DNA of 64,000 nt from Octopus sinensis (taxonomy: Eukaryota). A program made the translations under genes and the position numbers. A model generated the notes under the pieces. It saw only the letters and a program-made list of their open reading frames with translations. It searched no databases and had not been told where the DNA came from. The stretch spans positions 99,820,001 through 99,884,000 of the forward strand of contig NC_043005.1 in assembly GCF_006345805.1 (NCBI RefSeq), in the 5' to 3' direction. Shown in pieces: positions 37,441 through 47,696 of this stretch (position 1 is the first letter of the stretch; the number at the start of each line of letters is the position of its first letter).

Positions 37441-37867
37441 CGATAAACATTATTGTTATTCTGAAGCCAAACTTCCCAGCCATGATATCAGATATTTATT
37501 ACCTATCATCATTTTTTTTATTTATTATTTTATATTCATATCTTCATAGCAGGGCAGATTTGATCTGCAATTTTAATCAGTTGTATGAATTTTAAAAGCA
37601 AAAGCATTTTGTCTGTTTTCTTTTTCTTTTCTTTTTCCTTAGAATTCCTTCTAAATCTTTTCAATTGTGATTGAATGATTTAAGAAAAAAAAATTCTTCT
37701 CTCTCACTATTAGCATCGTCTTTATTCTTATTTTGCATTCATAGAGCACTGGCTGGTTAAATCAGAAAACTCATGAATATTCATTCAATGTCAGATCAGA
37801 TAAATATTTTTCTACAGGTGATTGTCTCTGCACAGTGATAAAGATGCACAGTGATGAAGAAAATAAT

Positions 37868-37902
<35 letters not shown>

Positions 37903-38179
37903 TTTCCTCTCTCTACCAATTTACTGTATATTGTATATTACTAACCATCAATTTATTGAGAGTATTGTGGTGGAACACTGCCCCATGTCTCATTTATAAA
38001 CTTCAAACAATAAAACCTCAGCCAAATACTGTTAATTAATGCAGTTAAGAGTTTAAGTGTCGTTAGTTACTAAAGTTACACAAAACAAAGGACTCGGTCA
38101 TACAGGATCCCCGTTTATAGCTAAGTATACAGAAGTTGTGAGAGTTAACTCTTTGCCTGTCCTGTGTATCACATGAATC

Positions 38180-38560
38180 AGGGCACATGGCTTAGTGGTT
38201 AAGTTATTTGGTTCACAATCATAAGGTCATAAGTTCAATCCCTGGTGAGGCATTGTATCCTTGAGCAAGACACTTTATTTCATGTTGCTCCAGTTCACTC
38301 AAATGGCAAAAATGAGAAGCACCTATATTTCAAAGGGGCCAGCCTTGTCACATTCTGTGTCACATTGAATCTCCCTGAGAACTACATTAAGGGTACACAT
38401 GTCTCTGCAGTGCTCAGCCCCTTGCAGGTTAATTTCACGAGCAGGCTGCTCCAATGATTGGATCAACTGGAACCCTTGTTGTCGTAACCAACGGAAATTC
38501 AGATTAGCATCCCAGGACACGTTTCCTTGGCATCCATGCATCGTGTGTGACACACATTCA
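38180..38560 (+). mobile_element. SINE family D (tRNA-like head, CORE-like TCCTTGAGCAAGACACTT)
   Basis: A homologous copy lies on the minus strand at about 63245-63540. Confidence 0.8.
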
Positions 38561-38741
38561 CAATTTATTTTCAACAGCCACAATAACTTGGGATTTATGG
38601 AAAGAAAGCTTTATATTACTCAGTGTGAATGGCACAAAAACTAACCAAAAGTCTGAAAAGAAGCATGGATGTTTCAGAGAATCTTATGAAAATGCTTTGG
38701 ACAGAGAAAAAGTTAAACTGTGACTCTGAAGAAAATTCATA

Positions 38742-39135
38742 ATCATCATCATCTTTTAACGTCCGCTTTCCATGCTAGTATGGGTTGGACGGTTTGACTG
38801 AGGGCTAGCAAACCAGATGGCTGCACCAGGCTCCAGTCTTGATCTGGCAGTGTTTCTACAGCTGGATGCCCTTCGTAACACCAACCACTCCGAGAGTGTA
38901 GTGGGTGCTTTTATGTGCCACCGGCATGGAAGCCAATTAGCTGCTCTGGCAACGATCATGCTCGGATGGTGCTCTTAGCACCCTTTTAGCATGGGGCACA
39001 AGTGTCAGTAAGGTGACGCTGGTAACAATCACAATCAAATGGTGCCTTTTATGTGCCACTGGCACAGAAGCTGGTTAGCCGCTCTGTCAACGATCACACT
39101 CATATGGTGCTCTTTGCACTCTGCTAGCATGGGTG
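38742..39135 (-). mobile_element. RTE 3'UTR-only insertion with tandem units of about 57-60 bp
   Basis: Same signature as the other RTE tails. Confidence 0.85.
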
Positions 39136-39951
39136 CGCGTCAGTGGAATTAAAATTTATTTGTCTGCTGGTTGACTCATTACCCAAAATTTTGATCAAAA
39201 GTGTCTCTCCTCTCTCAGTTTATAAAAGAATAATGGATCTTGATTCCTTTATGAAGGAACCTCTGTTGGTTTTGATGACAAGCATTCAGTTGTTTGATCA
39301 CCAGAATATGCAGCACATCCAATTAACACATGAGTGACTGAGTATTCTGCAGATACATGTACACTTAATTGTAATACTTCAGTAGAATCAACATGACACA
39401 GTGTGACTAGAGTGTACATTTGAATTATAGATGCAATCCATTCCACAGGCTTCCACATATTTTCCTCTATCTTATTTCAGTCACAAGGTTTAGGCTTACC
39501 TAACACTTCACCAAGATACCATAGACTGGGATCAAGCCAGGTAACTCATGACTGTGAAGTGGACTTAACCATTTGGTTATGTTTCCAGTTCTGCATAAAT
39601 TCATCCTCATCAAGACTGTTTTACTTTCCCATGTTCCATACCAGCATGAGTTAGACCAGGTAGCAGTACATTGTATTATTCTGGAATATATTACAATTTG
39701 TTCTAGTATTCTGTATGACAAAATTGGATTTCTTACCTATGGTCAATCAGGTAGATTAGGAGCATTTATCAAGGCATTAGCATTTGAAAGGTTATCCTAT
39801 GGGGCCAGAACCCCCCCCCCACATCCTATATTTTGCTAACATTTTACACAAAATAAGAAACCTCAAGATAATAACTAATATATAATTTTAGATGGGCCTA
39901 GATTGTTCCGTTGAAACTAGATAATTGTAAGATGTGTCTATATGTATATAG

Positions 39952-40975
39952 GGAGAGTTCATGAAAAAAACAAAAGACAAAGGCAGGTGGTGTACAAAAC
40001 AAATAGATGTATTAGTATAATGATCAGGAACTGAAAAAATCTTTTACATTTCGTGCCTATGCTCTTCTACAGAAAGGGACACAGAAAAATACAAGGAGAG
40101 AAAAAAAAATGTGTGTAGTGGCTACCAATCTATCATGGCGATTCTATATATATATATGAATATGGAAAAATATAACTTACAAATGAAAACTGAGCCTTTA
40201 AATACAAGGCAAACCCATTTTGTCTTAAAGGACCACAAAGCTAACTTCTTCAATAACCCAACTCTTTGTCTTATCCGTCCTTCCAGCTCTGAATATTTAT
40301 CAAAAATATTCTTGTTAAGTACATTCCTTTGTTAACGGAAAAAACTTAAACTTAATTTATATTCCAGGTTGTGGACCCATCATCCTTAGTAAAGCCCTAT
40401 GGTTCATGCATGATAAAGTTGCCTCTCCAGAGATGAAATTGATGTTGTTTTAACAGCTAGAAAATCTGTTATATGAATTTGATAACAAATTTGGGGCTCA
40501 AAAAGATCGACCAGACTGCTTTAATATACCTATGGGGTCATCTGACTCAGCCCAAATAGCTGATTTGGTTGGTATTTATATTCTATCAGAAATGGCTGAC
40601 CAATTCCCATATATCCTTGGCGGTTTATATCACAACTGCCTCTTTTACCCCCAAAATATCTCTAATCAAAAATTACAAAAGGTTAAAAATAATCTTGTCA
40701 AATTCTTTAGTAATATGGTTTACAGGTGTTTACATCAGAAAAAAACACTCTTTCAGCTATTTCAAATATCTACCCCTTACCAAATAATATCTTTATTCTT
40801 ACTTCTCATGGCTCATATTCTTTCCTCCATCTTTTCTTTTGATCTATCATTTATTTTCTATTTGCTTATACCTCCATTTCTCCTTTTATTCTCTTTCTCT
40901 CTTCCTTCTCTTCTCTTTCCCTATGACTTCAAATTTCTTAACGGCAATTTTAAAATTACTAGCCTTCTAGTATGT
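39952..40975 (+). mobile_element. Degraded Penelope-like element: RT fragments with an inverted terminal-repeat piece upstream
   Basis: LKDHKANFFNNPTLCLIRPSSSE and MGSSDSAQIADLVGIYIL...GGLYH resemble the PLE RT motifs LKDHKxNFxNxPxCRLINP and MGSxDGAExxELVGxYIL...GLYRDD. A hammerhead-like motif lies on the opposite strand at 40041-40076. Confidence 0.8.
40041..40076 (-). ncRNA. Hammerhead-like motif with variant core CUGUAGA
   Basis: CUUU-CUGUAGA-AGAGCAUAGGCAC-GAA-AUGU-A-AAAG. Confidence 0.45.
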
Positions 40976-41889
40976 ATGTATATGCATGTATGTGTGCATG
41001 CATATATTTATATGTATACATATGTATGTGTATATATATATATATACTTTATTTAAAGCAGCAGAAAATTCAACAAAACCTGTTACTCTGAGTTTCCCAT
41101 TGCCGTTCATCGGACAGTTTTTGCTAGAATTATTCTGGAATATATTACAATTTGTTCTAGTATTCTGTATGACAAGATTGGATTTCTTACCTATGATCAA
41201 TCAGGTAGATTAGGAGCATTTATCAAGGCATTAGCATTTGAAAGGTTATCCTATGGGGCCAGAAACCCTCCCAATCCTATATTTTGCTAACATTTTACAC
41301 AAAATAAGAAACCTCAAGATAATAACTCCTATATAATTTGTATGTATGTATGTATGAATGTATGTATGTGTGCATGTATGTATATGCATGTATATGCATG
41401 TGTATGTGTGCATGCATGTATGAATGTATGTATGCATGTATGTATATGTTTGATCACTATAAACAAATCATTTGCGCAGGTTGTTTGGCAAAAGCTGAAT
41501 GCTCATAAGTTATCTTCAATGGAAGAGTCCATCATCATTATTATTATTGGTGGAAAAGGCTGAAATGATTGAGGAAAGACACCTTCCTCTTCATTCAAAT
41601 CCTCATCGACTATTTTAAGTTCCACTTGGAAAGGAAAGTGAGGGTGGAGAGAGAGGTACTACCTCCCAGTGAATTTGTTAAAAGAGGGGTGACTGTGGCA
41701 AAAATGGTCCTACACCGATAGATTGGAGAGTAGCAGTTAAGAGAGAGCTTGTGCTTTTCGTATTCAAAGTAATCGTGGATCTGTGGGGTTTCTTGATTTG
41801 CTCTGATGAGAGTTTCTGCTGTATCAGGAATTCTTGCATATTATGCATACTTGTATTGCATTTCACCATTTCTTTCCATTTCTTTCTCC

Positions 41890-42350
41890 ACATCATCATC
41901 ATCATCATCGTTTAACGGCCGCTTTCCATGCTAGCATGGGTTGGACGATTTTCACTGAAGGCTGGTGAACCAGATGGCTGCACCAGGCTTCAGTCTTGAT
42001 CTGGCAGTGTTTCTACAGCTGGATGCCCTTCCTAACGCCAACCACTCCGAGAATGTAGTGGGTGCTTTTTATGTGCCACAAGCATAGGGGTCAGTCAGGC
42101 GGTACTGGCAACGACCTTGCTCGAATCTTTTTACACATACCCCCGGCACAGGTGCCAGTAAGGCAACGCTGGTAACGATCATGCTCGAATGGTGCCTTTT
42201 ATGTGCCACAGGCACTGAAGCCAGTTAGCTGCTCTGGCAACGATCACACTCAGATGGTGCTCTTGGCACCCTACACAGGAACAAGTGCCAGTAAGGTGAC
42301 GCTGGTAACGATCATACTTGAATGGTGCCTTTTATGTGCCACTGGCATCG
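41890..42350 (-). mobile_element. RTE 3'UTR-only insertion with expanded tandem units
   Basis: Same signature. Further copies at about 4340-4560 (+), 44775-44975 (+), 45893-46130 (-), 57340-57590 (+) and 62650-62782 (-). Confidence 0.85.
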
Positions 42351-42623
42351 TTTATGAAAATCCCTATACAAATTGTTGACCATCTTTGTGATGTCTTCCT
42401 CATCCATGTGCCTGTGGCTAATAAAAGAAATCATCATCATTCATTGTTATCATTATTATTATTACCAACATTATTATTTCAAAATCTTTTATATCTCACT
42501 CCTATGATAGAATTTAAGTGGGTTTCTTGGAAAACAAGTCACCACCTGTGACCCCAGCCATCCAAGTACTTTCGAATGATTTTTGCTGTTCCTGACAAGC
42601 AGGTATTCTTTTTCTTCTTATTA

Positions 42624-42830
42624 AGGCGGCGAGCTGGCAGAATCATTAGCACGCTGGGTGAAATGCTAAGCGGCATTTTGAGCATCTTTATGTTCTGAGT
42701 TCAAATGCTACCAGGGTTGACTTTGCCTTTCATCAGTTGAGCATTGGGCGGGGGGGGGGGTCAATGGAATAGACTTAGCCTCTCCCCGAACCTGCTGGCC
42801 TTGGGCCAAAATTTTAAATCATTATCAATA
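42624..42830 (+). mobile_element. SINE family B
   Basis: GGCGGCGAGCTGGCAGAATC head and TTTGCCTTTCATC body. Further pieces at about 4015-4330, 16890-17030 and 29165-29330. Confidence 0.75.
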
Positions 42831-44051
42831 GCGGTGGTAGTGGTGGTAGTAGTAATAGTTGTAGTAGTATGATGATGATGATGAGGATGATGATGATGAG
42901 GAGGACGACGACGAGGACATCAATGATAATATTGATAGTAGCTGTACTAAAGTAATTATGATGATGATGGTAGTAGTAGTAGTAGCAGTAGTGGTGGTGG
43001 TGGTGTGATGAAGATGATAATAATGAACTAGTGCATCAACAACAACAACAAGTGAACCAACATCCAACACTTTTGTTGTGAAAGGGGAGGAGGAAGAGGA
43101 AGAGAAGGGAGGGGGAGTTGTTATCAGATTTCTTGTAGCTCGCTCAGTTTATGACTTTACCCAATTAGGAAGAACATTTATTGAATTAGCGTTTTTCTGT
43201 TGCAACCAGAAGGGAAAATAAAGTAGTTAAGAGTTTTCAATGTTGAGTTTAGGCCAGCAGAAATACTAATGAAATGTTCTCCCTCTCACATATGTGATTC
43301 CATTTAATTTTCTTTGAGACAAAAGTAATCTTCCTTTCTTCTTTGTCTTTTAAACGGAAACCGTTTCTTTTGTTGTAGATTGCATTTATATATCAAACAA
43401 TTCAATCAATGATATCTAAGTTTCAATCCCAGAGGAGGATATCAATAAGGGTTCTTTATGAGATGTGAACCAATCTAGTCACCATAGCTATGGTGGTGAT
43501 TCTATTGAAGGATTATATATTTATATCATATCACCAAACACGTTGCCCAGTCAGACCATTTGCCAAATAATGGAAAATTCATATTCTGTTGTTGGCACCT
43601 TACTGTACCTATGCCATGTAATCTTCATTGCTCAACCAGTGACATAGATTAGGCTGTCTGCAAATGTTATGCTACAGTCTTATAATTTTCAACTGCAGGA
43701 ATTACAACCGTGTTTCGTGGTCTGCTACCACAACAGCTCCTTTATAGGATCCAGTTAGCTCAAGACATCATCAGGAGGAACCTCTACCGTTTTGACGTGG
43801 TGAGGCCCCACCTTTTGCCGGTGTTTCCAGCTCTGGTGTTGGGTGCATGTCTTCTTTCTTCTGTTTCCTGGCCTCTTCGATGTATCGTCAGCAAGTTGTC
43901 ATGTGACACTGCCTCACATTAACTGACTAGTGAAGGTGCGTCAGCAAGGGGAGCATATTTCTCTAACTTGTCTTACTGAGAGGAATCCCTTGTGTGGATA
44001 TATTTCAGATGATTCACTCAGTCATATCTTGATTTTTCTCTAGACTCTCTC

Positions 44052-44372
44052 TTACTCTTTTACTCTCTTTTACTTGTTTCAGTCATTTGACCGTGGCCAT
44101 GCTGGAGCACCGCCTTTAGTCGAGCAAATCGACCCCAGGACTTATTCTTTGTAAGCCTAGTACTTATTCTATCAGTCTCTTTTGTCGAACCGCTAAGTTA
44201 CGGGGACCTAAACACACCAGTAGTTTCCATCTACCAAATCCACTCACAAGGCTTTGGTTGGCCCGAGGCTATAGTAGAAGACACTTGCCTAATGTGCCAA
44301 GCAGTGGGACTGAACCTGGAACCATGTGGTTGGTGAGCAAGCCACTTACCACACAGCCACTCCTATGCCTAT
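44052..44372 (-). mobile_element. SINE family A with central deletion
   Basis: Head and tail are intact and the microsatellite middle is missing. Confidence 0.85.
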
Positions 44373-45236
44373 ACAGGGTGATAAATTGTTTAGTAGTTCT
44401 CCTTCCTACAACACTGTGAGTCATGGTGCTTAAGTAGAATTATGTGGCTTAAGTAGAAAATATGTTATGAAACAGATGTATTTATTTATTTATAATTTTC
44501 TACTATTTAACCAGTTGCCAATAAATTCAATAAGGGAGCTTTTGTATTTTTGTTCAGGCTGGACAAGGACAGCTGCATAAAGAATTACTGATCCCTAATT
44601 GTGGAAGGAACCTGTGGAAGAAGTTGAACAAGAAAGACGTGGGATTAGATAGTGAAATATGATCTTCAGATGTTGAGCCTCACAGAGATGACAAGTCACT
44701 GGGACTTTTGGCAAATTGCTGTGCTAGAGAAGATGCTTCATGCTAAGTGAAATCATAATCATGGCCTAGTGCCAGTGACATGTGAATGGCACTTGTGTTG
44801 GCGACACATAAAAGGCACCCAGTACACTCTGTGGAGTGGTTGGTGTTAGGACGGGCATCTAGCCATAGAAACCAGGCCAAAGAGACTGGAGCCTGGTGCA
44901 GCTCTCTAGCTTACCATCTCCATTCAAACCATCCAACCCATGCCATCATGGAAAACGGAATGATGATGATAATGATGATGGTGACTTGTGTCACATTCTA
45001 CTGTCTTAAAAATGGTAAGGGCATATTGAATAATAACAGCTCTTGATATACTGTGACTAAATAGCCGTAGCTAGAACCTCTTTGACTACAGGCCAGCTAT
45101 ATGAGGGCTAAATTTGGGTTGAACACTTATATAATTATTTACTGCTACCATTATAATACAGTTCTATATTTAAGAGATGAGGAATTATGTACATTATTTA
45201 CATTTGACGATATTTGTCCTCATCTTGTTTGACGCT

Positions 45237-45282
45237 AACACAACGTTTCAGCTGATGTACTCTCCAGCCTTCATCAGGTGTC
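45237..45282 (-). ncRNA. Minimal hammerhead motif, best-preserved copy of its family
   Basis: GACAC-CUGAUGA-AGGCUG...CAGCU-GAA-ACGU-U-GUGUU. Confidence 0.75.
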
Positions 45283-45353
45283 TTGGGGAAATTTCGAACC
45301 TGGATTCGCATTCCTAAGGTATTTTTCAATGTTGTTGTTGTTATTATTATTAC

Positions 45354-45388
<35 letters not shown>

Positions 45389-45477
45389 TCACTGCATGGA
45401 ATCGAACTCGGAATCTTGGGGTTAGTACCCGCACTCTTAACTCCAAGATTCCGTGTTCGATTACAGGCAGTGACCTG

Positions 45478-45513
<36 letters not shown>

Positions 45514-45602
45514 TATAATAATAATAATAATAATAATAAAATAATAATAATAACAACAACAAATATTTTAGGAATGAGAAGCCAGGTTCGAAATTTCCCC
45601 AA

Positions 45603-45645
45603 TACACCTGAAGAAGGCTGGAGGGTATATCAGCTGAAACGTGTT
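45603..45645 (+). ncRNA. Hammerhead motif with a 3-nt deletion at the cleavage site
   Basis: UACAC-CUGAAGA-AGGCUG...CAGCU-GAAACGUGUU. Confidence 0.55.
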
Positions 45646-47663
45646 AACAACAAACAAGATGAGAACAAATATCTGTCTAATGTAAATAATGTAAATAATG
45701 TGCTGCCATTATATTACATAATTTATGACAGGCAAAAAACAAGAATGATTTATGAGATGAATATTAAAAATGAAATGAGTTTTGAAATAAAATGAGAGAA
45801 GTAAAAGACAGGAGAAGACAAGTGAGGAGTCTCAGAGATAGAACTTAAAGGGTGACAATAAGCAATAGATTCCTTAAGAATTCAGATCTATCATCATCAT
45901 TTAATGCCTGTTTTGCATGCTGGCATGGGTTAGACGGTTTGACTGGGGCTGGTAAGGCCAGCAGTTGTACCAGGTTCCATTGTCTGTTCTGGTAAGGTTT
46001 CTATGGCTGGATGCTCTTCCTATCGCCAACCATTCCATAAAGTGTACTGTGTTCTTTTTATGTGGCACCAGTACCAGTGTTTTTAATGCGGCACCAGCCC
46101 ATGTGCTTTTTATGTGGAATCTGCACCAGTATCAATTCTTTTGTGGCAGACAGGTCTTCTCGGGTACAGCAATGCATCAGGTTTCTTGGTCCTTAGTCAT
46201 CTGATAGGCAAGGCTCAGAGTCATGAGATTAGTCCTCAATACTCCATCTCATGTCTTTCTGGGTCTCCCTCTTCCACAAGTTCCATCCATTTTAAGTGAC
46301 TGGCACTTCAATATGCAATTGTCTACATACATACATATCTATTGAGTATTAGACAAAAGTTGATGACAATAATGATCATGATTAGGATGATGATGATGAT
46401 GATCATAAGCAGAATGATGATGATGATGATGCTGAAGATTACAATGACTACGATGGTGATTAAATGTGGAGAAAAGAAATAAGAAGGCTTTAACATGTTT
46501 GGAATATATATGAGAAACAATGACCAAGTTGCCATAGTAACAACAACTATCACTAAAATAATGACATCTTAAGTCAGAAAGTTACAGAACTGAAGAAAAT
46601 TCAAGAAAAAGTAAATCTGTGAAATTTATTGTTTTTGAGGATTTGGGATGACATAAATAATAAAAATGGCCACCGCCATAGAATATAAATTGGATTGTTG
46701 TTTAATTTGTTTGAAGATTATTGCTGGTATCTGTTTATAATAAACATCTTCTGTTGACAAGAAAGATGAAAACAGTCAGGTTAGCTTGAATGACCCAAGT
46801 GAATGACTGATATTAGTTTCATTAATCACAAGAAGCACTGTTAGTCATGGCAGGTTTTCAGCGAATGTTCTTTTATTCTTCTGTTCTTTTACATGTTTCA
46901 GTGATTTGAGAGCAACCATGCTGGGGCACCACTTCGAGGGGCTTTTAACTGAAGAAATCAACCCCAGAACTTATTCTTTGTAAGTTTAGTACTTATTCTA
47001 ACAGTTTCTTTTGCCAAACTGGTAAGTTACAAGAATGTAAACAAACCAACATCGATAGTCAAATGATGGTAGTGAGACAAACACAGACACAAAAACACAC
47101 ACATATATACATAAATACATACACACACACATATACATACATACATACATACATACAAACATACATACATACATACATACATACATACATACAAACATAC
47201 ATACATACATAGATTGTTTTAAATTTGTGTGAATATGTATAGAAAAAATATATCAGTTGACTAATCTTAAAACATGGTCTGGTTTCATGTTCTATATTCT
47301 GGTATTTTAACATTAAAAAAATCTTTTGTGGTGTACATAAAGTTAAATTAGCGCTTTCATACATAGTGTAATCACCAGATTTCAAATGTGTTTAACTTAT
47401 AATTGAGTTCTAGAAAATTTTAATTCCACTTAGAACCCTCCAACAACAGTTAAGCACATTTAAAATCTGATGATTGCTCTATGTATTAGATTGCTCTAAT
47501 ATTTATTTAATGTTAAAATACCAGAATAAAAAACGTGAAAACAAGACCATGTTTCAAATTTATTAAACTGATATATATACATATATTTAAATATACATAT
47601 ATATATATATAAACACATACATTTATATATACATATAAACACATACATTTATATATACATATA

Positions 47664-47664
<1 letters not shown>

Positions 47665-47696
<32 letters not shown>

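Larger units (their letters stand above)
39675..41339 (+). repeat. Direct repeats of about 214 bp (39675-39888 and 41129-41339) flanking the Penelope-like remnant
   Basis: Near-identical sequence from ATTATTCTGGAATATATTAC to CCTCAAGATAATAACT. Confidence 0.95.
45157..45693. mobile_element. Head-to-head pair of tRNA-headed, hammerhead-containing repeat units (about 500-bp palindrome)
   Basis: Arms are reverse complements. Each has a B-box-like GTTCGATT head, (AAT)n, the hammerhead module and a TGTAAATAA tail. Confidence 0.85.

Noticed and set aside
38890-39130. Regularly spaced repeats resembling a CRISPR array
   Set aside because: They are contiguous tandem units of the RTE 3'UTR without unique spacers, in eukaryotic DNA with no cas genes.
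43700-43780. Minus-strand CTGATGA...GAAAC hammerhead-like spacing
   Set aside because: Stem I cannot form and stem II pairing is inconsistent.
43699-43799. Resemblance of FRGLLPQ to mitochondrial carrier proteins
   Set aside because: Only 6-7 residues match and the carrier signature is absent, so no gene name was assigned.
45385-45475. tRNA-like sequence with GTTCGATT; also the SINE heads
   Set aside because: No complete cloverleaf or acceptor stem, so these are repeat heads and not tRNA genes.
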